From Octopus sinensis (lineage: Eukaryota), in assembly GCF_006345805.1 (NCBI RefSeq), contig NC_043015.1:25358001-25422000 (forward strand): a DNA stretch of 64,000 bases, written 5' to 3'. The stretch's first letter is position 1, and each line of letters opens with the position of its first letter. Below the pieces are notes generated by a model, which saw only the letters and a list, made by a program, of their open reading frames with translations, did no database searches and had not been told where the DNA came from. The position numbers and the translations under genes were made by a program. Positions 37,283 through 50,070 of the stretch are shown here, piece by piece.

Positions 37283-38939
37283 ACAGATAATAACTGGTGA
37301 TTTGAGGTACTTCAGTCTGGGTACTGTCGGAGTTTTATAGCTGGAGGATGGCGGTGGTGGTGGTGGTGATGGGATATTGAGAAAGAACAACAGAACTGAG
37401 AAAGTAAAACATCGTTCAAACAACATATAGAGAATAGGGGTTAGGGGTGAGGTTGAAAAAGAGAGAAAGAATAAGAGAGTGAAGGGAGAGAGCCAACACA
37501 CACACACACGTGTGTGTGAATGAATGAGGGAATGAGTTTCCTAAAAAGAGAAGGCTGGAGAGGAATCAGAGAATGGAGACGAGAGGGATGGCTATACACA
37601 GACACAGACACATGTATATATAATATTCATACAGCAATCTATATGTATGGGTGTGTGTGTGGAGAGAGAGGGGTGAGGAGGAGAGAAGTGGTGGACAGGA
37701 AGACAGTGGCTGGGAAATGGACAGAGGAAAAAAAGAGGAACAGAGAGGGAGGAGAGATTCTGAAGGGGGAAGCAGAGTGAGTGAAGGTGGAGGCAGAGAT
37801 TGTGAAGAGGGGGCCAGAAAGAATGAAGGAAAGCAGAGAGAGTGAAGAGGGGAAGGGCAGAGAGATGAAGAGGAGAAGAAAGAGAGTGAAGAAGGGGGCA
37901 GAGAGGAAGAAAGAGAGGGAGCAAAATAAGATAGAAATAGAGACAGAGAGTGAGAGAGTGAAAGACAGTGATTGATAGAGAGAGTGTATGAGACAGTGAC
38001 AAACAGACAGACAGAGAATAAATGAGAGAGAGAGAGAGAGAGAGACAGAGGGAAGGAGGAGAGGAAGAGAGACAAGACATTTTCTGTATTGTCAACACAT
38101 ACAAATATGACATAATAAAGCCCCCCCCCCGCTGCACACACACACACACACACACACAATGCAAATATTAAAACAGACAATCGATCTGTTCAGAGACATC
38201 AAAAGAGAGAGAAAGAGTGAAATTGAGAGAGAATAAGAAAGAGTTATCTATTTGTGCGATATGTGTATGTGTGAGAGAGAGAGAGAGAGAGACGAGAGAG
38301 AGAAGGGAAGGGAATATTCAGTGTCAACACCTAAAGGAAACAATTTACTGATATGTTGATAAAGAGGAAAAGAACCATACATAGATATAAATATATATAT
38401 ACAGACATATATATATATATATATATATATACAAAGCATACACTATATATAAACATATATATATCTATATATAAACATATACATATATATACACACATTC
38501 TACCAGTAATATTTTTCATGCAAAATTGTCTGACCTCTAGTTGTTAATCGGTTTATTACTCATCATTATGTGCTGATAATTTCTCTATTTCTCCACCGTC
38601 CCCCCTAAATATCCCTTTATTATTATGTGCTGCGATAATTTTGCCCGTCCAAGTCATCGCTCTCTCCCCTATCAACCTTCGCGTATTCGCGGCGCGGCCG
38701 CCCTACCCACACCCACCACCAACACCAATACCGGATATCTCTATTTTGCTCCATCTATACCGGATGTCGTTTCTCCCACCACCATTATAGGTGTCTACTC
38801 TTTGAACCCCCCTTCTTCAATACGCTATTTCACCATGCATTACCCCTCTCTCGATATCCTACGTTCTACTTGCCTAGAACCTGTCATCATTTCTCTGAAC
38901 CACCCCTCCCACTGGTGCTCCCCTATATTTCTGCACCCC

Positions 38940-39213
38940 CCCCCACATAAAAAGCACCATCCGAACGTGGCCGATGCCAGACCCATCTGGCACCCCAGAC
39001 CCATCTGGCACCTGTGCAGGTGACACGTAAAAAACACCCACTACACTCGCGGAGTGGTTGGCGTTAGGAAGGGCATCCAGCTGTAGAAACACTGCCAGAC
39101 TAGACTGGAGCCTGGGGCAGTCCCGAGCTCCCCAGACCTCGGTCGAAACCGTCCAACCCGTGCTAGCGCGGAAAACGGACGTTAAACGATGATGATGATG
39201 ATGATGATGATGA
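38940..39213 (+). mobile_element. Family A repeat, little diverged
   Basis: gcggagtggttggcgttaggaagggcatccagctgtagaaac...ggacgttaaacgatgatgatg. Confidence 0.85.
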
Positions 39214-39263
39214 TACACATATATATATATAAAAGAGTAGACAAATTGATTGTGCACTAAGCA

Positions 39264-39303
<40 letters not shown>

Positions 39304-39598
39304 TACCCTCTCAAACTACACTTACACACGCAACACAGACATTAAAAAAAAGAACCAGAAAAGGTCCCCAAAACACAAAGAGTTAAGTGATTACCTAAAT
39401 GACAAATAAAAATGGATCATGTGATGCTTTCTTGCTGTTAATCAATTTCAGAATATAAATGTAAAACTGTTTTATAATACAAAACCAACAAAGATAATAT
39501 AAGTATAAATATATACAAGCAAAAGTGAGTTGTAACATCATTGTAGATTATTATTATTGATTTTTTCTTTTTCTTTTTTTTATTTTCCCCTTTGAAAC

Positions 39599-42500
39599 AT
39601 GGCAAAACTTAGAATCGGTTGCTTGAATGTGAGAGGCCTCGGGTCACCTTGGAAACAGGGTCACCTGTTAAACGACCTGAGGTTTCATGATGTGGATGTA
39701 GCAGCCATCAGTGAAACCAGGCTCTCCGACCCGCAGGAACTCGCAGCCCTTTTCGGCGGATACGAGATATTTCTATCTCCGTGTCGGCCGGGAGCGGGCA
39801 GTGGTGGTACTGCGGTGTTGTTTCGGAAGGGCCTGGATTTTAAAATAAGGACAGTCTTCCTGGATCCGGAAGGTAAGTTGGTGGTCCTCAACGTAGACGG
39901 TAGTAACAGCGGTGCTTTCAGACTGCTGGCTGCCTACGCTCCGACAGGAGCAGGGCAGTCGGATTATTTCAAATGTCTGGAAGTTTTCCTGGGAACGTCA
40001 CGCACTCTAGTGCTAGTTGGGGATTGGAACGCTGTCTTAGACGAACGTTTCGATCGGGTGGGCAGGGGAGCATCTGATAGGAGAGGAGGAGGGTGCAAGA
40101 ACCTCGCCAACCTACTCGGACGCTTTCAGCTGTCCGACAGGTTTCGACTAGACAACCCGAATGTGCCAATGTGGACTTGGACCAATCGCATCGGATTGTC
40201 TAGATCATACTTAGATAGAGTGTTTTGTAGGCCAGCAGATAAGGACAGCATAGGGTGTCCACAATTCCACCTAGTCGACTACACGGACCACAAATTATTG
40301 ATCTGTACGGTCGACTTAGATAGGCTACATAGACAGGGACCTGGCTACTGGAAGCTGAACGTGTCGTTAACGGCATGCAAAGCTTACTGAGACCGGATTA
40401 GTTTATTAGTTAAGCGGGCACTCACGGGGGCAATCATCAACAACAACTGGTGGTTTGCCCTCAAGAGAGCAATTAGAGTAGAGTCGATTAGGTTTAGTAA
40501 GACTCTAGCTATTGAACGTAGGAAGAGAGAGCGGGATTTAGTTAAGAAGCTAGACGAGGCTCTTGAGACTGGCATCGCGACCGACATGTTGGCGGCAAGG
40601 TTGGCCCTTGACCAACACTTTGACGCCAAACACGAAGGCTGCGTTGTCAGAGCTAAGGCACGTTCGCTAAGCGGGGAGGGGACTAGAGCCGCTCGATGGG
40701 CCCACGTGGCAGAGGCGAAGCGAGGCAACAAAGCAACCATTCGGTCTTTGGTGGACCAGAACGGGCGCGAGGTTACCGAACCGAAGCAGATGTGTACGGT
40801 GTTTCAGCGGCACTTTGCTCAACTGTTTGGGATGAGCGGTGGAACGCACAATGGTGCAGACTTCGGTGTGTACCTGGATGGCCTACCGCAACTCTCGGAC
40901 AGCGAGGCAGAGTGCTGCGAAGGACCGATATCTGCCTGGGAAGTGGAGGAAGCGATGAAGAGTTGCACGAGAGGTAGATCGCCGTGTTTGGATGGTCTGC
41001 CCTACGAGCTTTACACTTCAATGCCAGACTTGTTTGCGGGCCTGTTGGCAAACGTCTACTGCAACTGGCAGCAAAACGGAAGAATTCCTGCTTTTGTCTG
41101 TCGAGGGGTTGTGGCTTTGCTAAAAAAGGACCCAAACAAGGGGGACGTTATAGGGAATTTTCAGCCCATCACTCTGCTCAATGCAGAGTTGAAGATTTTG
41201 GCCAAGGTGCTAGCCAAGAGATTGGCGCTTGTCGTGGACAAGCTGGTCGGCAAGACGCAGACATGTGCTGTACCGACCAGGTCGATACACGACAACCTCC
41301 ATCTCATGCGCTACATCATAGAGAGGGTGGGTAACGACGCTGGCGCGGGTGGGGCTTTGATCAACTTAGATCAGAGTAAAGCCTACGATAGGGTCGACCA
41401 TCGGTACCTGGTAGCTGTTCTCAAGGCAGCCAGCTTCGGTCCAGTCTTCCGCGGGTGGATCGCTGCTTTATACAGCAACATCTGCTCGGTGATACGGGTG
41501 AACGGTCACCTTTCGGAACAGTTCGACATCTCGCGTTCAGTCCGCCAAGGATGCCCTCTCTCCTCCTTCTTGTACATATTGACTCTCAAACCATTACTGC
41601 TCAAGTTGGGGGCTTTGAGGGGTATCCCACGCAATCTAGGAGGCGGAAACAGCATGTCTGCCTATGCCGACGACATCACCGTGATGGTGTTGAGCCACAG
41701 GCACATTGGCCTGATTGGCGAGACACTAAACGAGTACGAAGTGGTGACAGGGGCAAAGATTAACGCGGAAAAGTCTGTGAGCTTGCAACTGGGCACCTGG
41801 AGAGGCAAGCCCATGCCGTCCAACAGCGTCGCAGGGTGGCACGTCTCACCCAGAAATGGGCCGAGAGGAAGCTGTACCTGAAAGGTCAAGCGGAGGTGGC
41901 GAATGCATACATCGCATCCGTCATCTATTACCTATTTCTTTATTACCCACAAGGGGCTAAACATAGAGGGGACAAACAAGGACAGACATAGGTATTAAGT
42001 CGATTACATCGACCCAGTGCGTAACTGGAACTTAATTTATCGACCCCGAAAGGATGAAAAGCAAAGTCAACCTCGGCGGAATTTGAACTCACAACGTAAC
42101 GACAAGCGAAATACTGTTAAGCATTTCGCCCGGCGTGCTAACGTTTCTGTCAGCTCTCCGTTTCTGCTAACGTTTCTGCCATCTATTACCACTTGACCGT
42201 CGTCCCTTGTCCCCACCGCTGGTTGGCCAAGCTGGTACGCTTGCTCTTCAACTTTTTGTGGAAGGGTCAGGTGCCACTGGTCAGGCGATCCATCTGCTGT
42301 CAACGACCGCTGAACGGAGGCCTTGGCATGCTGTGGTTACTGATGTGCAGACATGCGCTCAGGCAGCGACATCTCAAGTGTTTCCTAGACAGTGATCAGG
42401 TGTGGTCGTCTTTTGTCAGATGCGACTTTCCGCAGCTCGTCTCTTTGACAGAGCTGCAGACCTGGATCAAATGTAGACTGAGAAAGGGCGCTTAGCACCT

Positions 42501-43470
42501 CGAGTGCCGTCAAGCTCTCTCTACCCTCCCCCAGGCGGTCAATGCGATCGGTTTTAGTTCCACTCTAGCGTTCTATAGAGGGTTAGTGGAGGAAAAATGC
42601 GACGACGTTCTCGGGGAAACTCTAGGCATTGACGATAACGAACTGAGTGGTCTGTTTGGGAGGACTTTCGGCCCGGGGCCGATGGACAATTTCCAGAGGT
42701 CGCTCGCCTGGCAGTGCTACTGAGGGGCTCTGCCTGTTCAGGATAAACTCTACCGGCATGGAAGCGCCGTCAGCCGAGCCTGCCCGAGGTGTTGCCAGGA
42801 CGACGAAACCGTTCTGCACGCACTCGTTCAGTGCCCGAGTATTGCTGAACTATGGGTTTATGTCGAACAGCTACTGTCACGTGTAGGACGGATCCGGCTA
42901 TCGGCCGAATCCATAGTGAAGATTGCCCCGCCGACCTTTAACAAGGGGGGGGGGGCGAGGCCGTTTTCTTGTGCCTAGTGGCTGTGGCGAAAGAGGTTGT
43001 ATGGTGGACCCGTTTGAAAGGGGTAAAGTCAGACACTTTCCTCTTTGGTCAAGGCCTCATCAACTTTTTCAAGTTTCACTTGAAAAGGAAGATGAGGTTA
43101 GAGAGGAGAGTGCTGTCCGATAGCAAGTTTTCTGAAAGGTGGGTGAATTGTGCGAGAATGGCCAGTATAAATGGACCAGTTCTCAGGTTTCGCCTGTGAT
43201 TCAAAAAGGTAATATAAAAGAAGAAAAAGGACTCTCTACTCCCCTTTTTGACCAGGCTCCCGTTGGCTTTTATGGGGTTTTTTTCCACCAGGAACCTTTC
43301 GAAGCACCTCCCCTTATTGGGAGTTTTTCGTTGTTATATTATTTGATTGTTACAATGTTTTACACGATTTTTTCACAAATGGACAAAACCCTTTGTAACC
43401 TTTCGTCCTGTTTTGTCCCTTTATGTTTTCTAATCATGTGTGTGAGCCCTTGTGGCCAATAAAAGGAATA
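39599..43470 (+). mobile_element. Tx1/L1-clade LINE (ORF2 plus 3'UTR; no ORF1 seen)
   Basis: APE 39599-40390 (CLNVRGL, ISET, GDWN, SYLDRVF, TDHK, PGYWKLN). In-frame TGA at 40388-40390. RT 40586-41881 (QPITLLN, LDQSKAYDRV, VRQGCPLS, YADD). C-terminal C..C...ET..HAL..C knuckle near 42780-42840. 3' end agcccttgtggccaataaaaggaata plus (TAT)n. Confidence 0.93.
41933..42179 (-). mobile_element. SINE (family B-type body, Tx1-like tail) inserted in the Tx1 ORF2
   Basis: 11-bp TSD catctattacc at 41922-41932 and 42180-42190; the ORF reads ...ASVIYY|HLTVVPC across the insertion. Confidence 0.9.
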
Positions 43471-43471
43471 A

Positions 43472-43497
43472 ATTATTATTATTATTATTATCATTAC

Positions 43498-43569
<72 letters not shown>

Positions 43570-43738
43570 CATTATTATTATTATCATTATTACTATTATT
43601 ATTATTACTACTACTGTTACTATTATTACTACTATAACTACTACTACTGTTATTGTTATTATTACTACTACTACTACTACTACTGTTATCGTTATTACTA
43701 CTATTATTATTACTACTACTATTATTATTATCATCATG

Positions 43739-43770
<32 letters not shown>

Positions 43771-43776
43771 CATTAT
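43472..43776. repeat. ~300-bp (TAT)/(TAC)/(CAT) microsatellite at the Tx1 3' end
   Basis: Direct sequence. Confidence 0.95.
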
Positions 43777-45226
43777 GTCAGCTATAGACTTGTGTGAGTT
43801 AATTGCTAAAACTTTACCATGTTGCTCAATTTAAAAAACATCAACATCATCATCAACATCATCATCATCATCATCAAGCATTAGCAATTATGCAGATGCT
43901 TTTAACAATCCTCCTCCTCGTCATCATTGTCACCATCCTCAGCACAATTTGTCTTGCGACCACCACAACGGCCATCACCATCATCACCATCATCGACCTC
44001 ACCTTTGTCTGTATTACACCACTTGGCAATTTTTCTCGACACCCTCCAATCTGTGAAACACAATCTTCTTTTTCACATTTGGATTATTTTTGATTTGTTT
44101 TTATTTTTTTTCCATTTTAAAGAAGACAACCTTCATTGACGATGGAAACAATATTTGCATAAAGGTAAAAAAATATAGAAAAGAGAATGGGGAATTTTAG
44201 AATTGTGTGTGTATGTGTGTGTATCGCACAATACACTGTAGATGAGTGAAACTGAAATATAATTAAATATTGTGAAACCTCATTGTGGATTAAATAAAAA
44301 TGTAAACACATTCCCTGTTACAGATGTCATTAACATTTAATGTCCATATTCTATGTTAGCATGAGTTAAATGGTTCATCAGGAATGGACATGTTTTAGGA
44401 TTGCATTCTACTCCAATGTCTGCTAGGTATAATTTCTATAACTGGAGGCCCTCACCAATGCCAATCCCATTACGGTGTAATGGGTGCTTTCTTTTGAAAA
44501 TACTACCACCAGTGAGGTTGCCATGTAGCTTGCAAGGCTAATACCTCTTAACTGGATTGTGTTAAGGTAGAGAGGGGTGTGGTTTTACGCTAAGAGATGA
44601 GGGGTTAAAATAATGTGAAAGAAAGCCCAAAGTAGAAAAGGATTCTTGGTGTGGAAGAGTTGCATGGTCACTCTTGTTTATAGAAGAGAAGATTGGGAGG
44701 GAGCAGGTGGAGTTGGAAAAAGAGATAAAACAAGTGGTGACGATGTTTCAGGATGAACCTCAAGGTATGAGGTGGGGAAGAAGTGAGTTGGGGAGAGATG
44801 GACCAGGTTTGTGGATGGAGGGAATGAGAGATGCTTTCAGGTGGGAAATGAGTGAGTTTGGTGATTGAGGTAAGGGTAAATATATGTTGGCAGCAAGTTA
44901 GGGAAGCATGTGGAAAAGAGGGGAGGAGTCACCTGGTGTATTCTCTCATACTTCATTGATTGCCCTTAAAAGGAGATGTATCTGGGGCTTCTTTCACTAA
45001 TCAACAGAACAGGAAACTGTGGATATCAACCAGCTATGAAATGCTCCAAAAAACATGCCTCCCTGCAGTTATCTTCACATTTCTCTTCTTTTATATGAAT
45101 ATAAACTATGTTATATATATACCTTATTATTTTAATGAAATGAATTCCCCCAAAATACTAGGTATTGAACCAGTATTTCCTTGGATGTAAGCATCCCTTC
45201 ATGAGGTAAATGCAACCTCTAATCAA

Positions 45227-45274
<48 letters not shown>

Positions 45275-45644
45275 CTTTGTTGCTGTTATGTTCTGAATTT
45301 CAGGTGTTGGTGGTGAGCTTTAAGTAAAGACCAAGTTCCACATTCATTCTGTTTCTGTATTTGGGTTGGTCATGAATGGATTGTCATACATTACTTGGTT
45401 GCCCAGTGCTGACTCTATCTGGTCGATTGACTTGTTGGAAATAGCAGTCAATTGTCTCCTTGACTCGTATCTGACTGACCATAACTAGTATGCTTGTAGT
45501 CATAGATCTACTTGAAACAAGGTTGTCTGAGGCCTGAAGAACAGCAATGCTAAAGCATGTAGTCCTAGATACTCTATAACAACAACATCAACAACATTAG
45601 TAATGAACCATATTAGTAAAAAATGGAAAGGTGTAGCAACTCAC

Positions 45645-45803
45645 ATTAACTTTCGATTCGTCCAAACGTTTATATTTCTGAAAAGTCATGAAGTCCTCAT
45701 CTTTTTCAGCTGTCAATGTCAACCATTCTTCCAGTTTAGTTTTGTTGATGTTTAGAATTGTCCGGAACTTGTCAATCTCCTCACCAAGTTTGAATCTAAG
45801 ATT
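45645..45803 (-). CDS. CCDC39: Internal coding exon (159 nt, phase 0/0) of a CCDC39-like ciliary coiled-coil gene
   Basis: Acceptor ttcatttcatttttcag|, donor |gtgagt. Open frame NLRFKLGEEIDKFRTILNINKTKLEEWLTLTAEKDEDFMTFQKYKRLDESKVN. Aligns without gaps (19/53 identities) to human CCDC39 [53 protein letters not shown], a sequence recalled from memory and not searched. Absent from the ORF track because it has no early ATG. Confidence 0.75.
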
Positions 45804-46179
45804 CTGAAAAATGAAATGAAATAAACTGAGTGTGCATATCTTGAGAGAAAATTAACCATTGTGAATGTAACATAAAAATTACAAGAGGAGTTTACGGTGA
45901 GCTCAATTCCTATATTGAGCTGGACAAAGAACTGATACACCATAAATAGCAAACAATTTCGGACAAGCTTTTTGTCCTTCAAGTAGAAGTTGATGATGAC
46001 CTTAAAATGGAAGATAGTGACCCTCATCTTTCCAATAATTCTCATTTCACCCCTCTTCAAACTGTTGCCATCATCTTTTCTGACTAGAATGTATTCTACT
46101 GTGTATCTTCATAAGTTGTTATTTTGTTGCATTCTTTGTTCTTTTTATTGTTTTATTTTTGTAAAATATTCATCAGCAT

Positions 46180-46263
46180 GCCTTATTACAGAAGCCTAGC
46201 ACAATGGATTCTGTTAAACAATTTGGTTAACTGAACCAATGAGCTAGGCTTCTGTGAAAAGCC
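46180..46263. ncRNA. Candidate pri-miRNA-like hairpin
   Basis: ~35-bp imperfect stem with a 9-nt loop; perfect 13-bp acagaagcctagc/gctaggcttctgt segment. Confidence 0.35.
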
Positions 46264-47521
46264 TACAAAACACGGGACTAAATAAAACTGTTTTAGATAA
46301 TAAATATATGTGACTCCTATTAAGCACATTAATAAATCAATTTTAATCAGCAGCTAGGCTCAGTTGTAGTGAACAAGAATTTTTAGATGACAACATTGAA
46401 ATCTCAACGATTTCATCTTTGGTGCCTTTTCTTTGACAGACTTTGTCTATAGATAGTGTGCCTGCTAGCTAGTTAGTGCTCATGGTATAGCTAAAGCCAA
46501 CTCACCTGTCAGTTTTGACTATGGAATCTAATGACTTCAGGCCACTTGTGGCTATTCTCATTGTGGACACACAATAACTGACCATCTTGGTCTTTCCATC
46601 GTTTGTCACAATGAAAACATTTTTGTTAACAATGATAAATGTTTAGTATTTGGAACTTGATGTAGACTTTTGTTGTTCTCTCAACGAAACCAAAATATTC
46701 TAAGTATTTCTATATGAATATGGAACTATGTACATGTATTATATATAGATATATGTTTATATGTGTAAATGTGAATATTAAATATGTGCAATGTGAGTAT
46801 AGAGATGTGAGCATAAAGATCTATTTCTGTACCAATTTGAGTATGTATGTGAGTATCCTACAAATGTGTATATGTGTGTGAGTGTATGAAATTGAGTCAA
46901 TAAAAATGTGTATGTGCATATCAATTATTTTGTTTTTATTTGAGTATTTCCATGGATGTGAATACTGGATGAATATATATATATATATATATATAGTGTG
47001 TGTGTGTGTGTACCCATGTGTGCAGTAGAATGAGAATAAGCTAACACCTGTATGTACACATAATTAAACACCTGTGAAAATAGAACTTACTGTCTGAAGA
47101 GTCAGCCATTGTGAATGGATGAAGGCACCAAATTTTCTAAAATCAATCCACCTACGCCTCGAATCCATATCCCTACTTTTTTCATTATAGATTAATTGAT
47201 TTACCCAGAATCAATAGAACAAATGAAGTTTTTCTCAAAACAATTTACATGATAAAACTCTTTCCTGAGATTCCAATGCCCAATATTCTATTATTATGAA
47301 ATAGCAGCAGCTAATACACCCAAAGCCTTCCCTGTTTGGTATATTCACCCAGGTATGCTAAACAGAAGCTTAACTCCCAGTATTTAATCAAAGCCAAGAA
47401 TCAAATTCAAACATTTTTCTTGACATCCATCAAGAATTCCTCGTTTCTTCATTGTATAATTATTTTGTAATTGTGTATTTCTCAAAGATATCTTTCAAGT
47501 TCTATTTCCTGTGAAAAGATA

Positions 47522-48677
47522 TCTCTCTCTATATAAACGGCAGTTTGTCTGTCTGTGTGTCTGTGTGTCTGTTAGGTTGTACCCTCACCCTGACCAAGGC
47601 TTTAAACCAATTCTGATGAAACTTGACACACACATAGCCCAATGTCATAATTCAAAACTAACGCAGCAAAAATTTTGAAAAGTTCCCCCAGTTCTGAAAA
47701 AAGTCGATAAATTCGACATGGGGTCGTGAATCTAAGCTTTTTATATGCAACACATTTTCTGTTGCAGTTTTCGCAACTTGTAATCGATTTTCACCAAACT
47801 CATGGTGAAGCTTAATGTTTCCCTAAGAAACTTAATTCTGATGTTAGCTTTCCATGCAATACCTTACCATCAGAAAAAATCGATAAAATCATGCCATTTT
47901 GGGAAATCGCATTCAAATTCAAGATGACATATTTTCGACAATATCTTTCACAAATTGGCAGGAATTTTTTTTTAAATTCACAGTGAGCATCATGTCTGCT
48001 CCAAGGAGCTATATGGCCCTTTTTATTCCAATAGGATACTTTATTACTGGAAAAAATCGGTTAATTAAATCATATGTGGCACACATAGCAAACCGATTTG
48101 TGTATTAAACACAAACCACAGACTGTCTAGGGGACGCAACTCGACCTTTTTAACTCTTGGAACACGTGGGGTAAGTATCCCAAAATGTATAAAAATGTAT
48201 AAAAACGGCAAAAAGCGGGCAGCAATGTGAGTGACAACAACGGAAAAGTCAAAAGTGACCAAACTGAACAAATAAATGGAAAAGGTTTTTTGGTGCACAC
48301 AACAAAAGCAGTTTATAATAAACCAAGAATTTGCAAGTAGCGTCCGAGGGCCCTTAGGGTACGTCAAAAATTTAAGGTAAAACGTTTAAGGTGGTAGTTA
48401 TAAAGAAAGTTTAAACAAAAAAAGTATTCGAATAACTTGCGGCTGCAGCAGCTATTAACAGCGGTGTTGGGGGTAAAGTCTCGAATTTAATTTCTTCCTG
48501 GTAGGAACTGGTTGGGTTGAATTATCGATAGCTGTTTGATAGTTATTTGGGAGTGAAGAGAAGACATTGCAACCTACACATGCGCCTTCGTTCCCTAGAG
48601 GGAAAGGACTAGATTGGGATTAGTCGTTGCCTACTAGGGGCTTTTACATACCCAGGCAACGCCGGGCTATGCTGCTA

Positions 48678-48678
<1 letters not shown>
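47522..48678 (+). mobile_element. Non-autonomous Helitron, copy 1
   Basis: 5' TC(TC)tatataaacggcag with GTCT/GT microsatellite; 3' subterminal hairpin cccaggcaacgccggg and terminal CTAG followed by T; no TSD. Confidence 0.8.
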
Positions 48679-48732
<54 letters not shown>

Positions 48733-48804
48733 CATATATATATATACATACACACATACATATGTGTTTTGGACAATAAACTTTACTTGCGAAGACCTAC
48801 TGAG

Positions 48805-49312
48805 GCAAGTGAAATCAAATCAAAATTGCTGACATGGCTGATGAGAGTACCACCTGATTGGCACTCATCCCAGTGGAATGCTAAAAGCACAGCCGAGCGT
48901 GATCGTTGCCAGGGCCACGGATTGGCTCCTGTGCTGGTGGCACATAAAAAGAAACATTCAAGCATGATCATTGCCAGTATTTTGTTACTGACACATGCTG
49001 GTGGCACATGAAAAACATTTGAGCGTGGTTGTTGCCAGTGTGACTGGACTGGCTCCCATGCAGGTAGCATGTAAAAAACACCTTTTGAGTGTGGTCGTTG
49101 CCAGAACTGCCTGACTGGCCCTCGTGCTGGTGGCATGTAAAAGTAACCACTACACTCTCGGAGTGGTTGGCGTTAGGAAGGGCATCCATCTGTAGAAACT
49201 TTGCCAGATAAGATTAAGCCTGCTGAAGCTTTCTGGCTCACGAGTCCTCAGTCAAACCGTCCAACCTATGCCAGCATGGAAAGCGGATGTTAAATGACAA
49301 TGATGATGATGA
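48805..49312 (+). mobile_element. Long family A repeat with four internal ~65-nt subunits
   Basis: Repeated gagcgtg.tcgttgccag...gtgctggtggca..taaaaa units, then the standard family A 3' part. Confidence 0.8.
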
Positions 49313-49679
49313 AGACAAGACATACACACACACATTAACTATTTTTACTTGCTCTTCTCATTGCCCAAAGATCAAAACTGAAAATTTTGAGTAATGTTTA
49401 ATGAAGTTTACAATTTCCAATTTCCAGTAAATATGACAAAACCAGCTCTTGTAATGAGTTCTTTTCTTACTAAGACTGATTTATGATATACATACATATA
49501 TACATACGTATGTATATATACAAATATATATACACTCACACATATACATATATGTATACACACATATCTATTTGCATACATATATACATACACAAATATA
49601 TATACATACACACAAACACACACACACAAATACACATAATATTATTCTGAAGTTATCTGACAACGGTTGCAACAACATG

Positions 49680-50070
49680 TGTTGTGGTAGTTATGGACAG
49701 CTTATTGTGGTAGGAATGATGAGCCTAACAAATGAGATGGCAGAGGACCAAGATATGTGGCACATTACTGTACTCAAGAAGGTCCGTCCACAACAACGAA
49801 AGTGATATCCTAAGACCAAAGTGCAGTATAAAAATTAAGCATTGGTGTGGGTGCTGGTGCTATGTAAAAAGCACTGGTGATGGTGTCATGTAAAAAGCGC
49901 CCAGTACACTCTATAAAGTGGTTGGTATAAGGAAGGACATCCAGTCGTAGAAACCATGCCAGAACAAACTATGGAATCTGGTGTTGCTCTTGGCCTTGCC
50001 ATTTCCTGTTAAGCTGTCCAACCCATGCCAGCATGGAAAAATGGACGTTAAATTATGATAATGATGTTGA
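49680..50070 (+). mobile_element. RTE-type ORF C-terminal remnant joined to a family A 3' sequence
   Basis: MSLTNEMAEDQDMWHITV (RTE-like ..A.DR..WR motif) directly upstream of the family A body and tail. Confidence 0.5.

Noticed and set aside
44003-44050. 48-nt phase-0 minus-strand exon candidate (IGGCREKLPSGVIQTK) with cag/gtgagg
   Set aside because: Purine-rich acceptor tract and no resemblance to the expected next CCDC39 exon; likely chance.
47093-47138. Minus-strand mini-exon containing ATG GCT GAC TCT with a gtaagt donor
   Set aside because: Weak acceptor; phase 1 is incompatible with the phase-0 exon, and no intervening exons were found.
47899-48367. ORFs duplicated at 59780-60248
   Set aside because: Internal to the non-autonomous Helitron; no Rep/helicase or host-gene motifs recognised.
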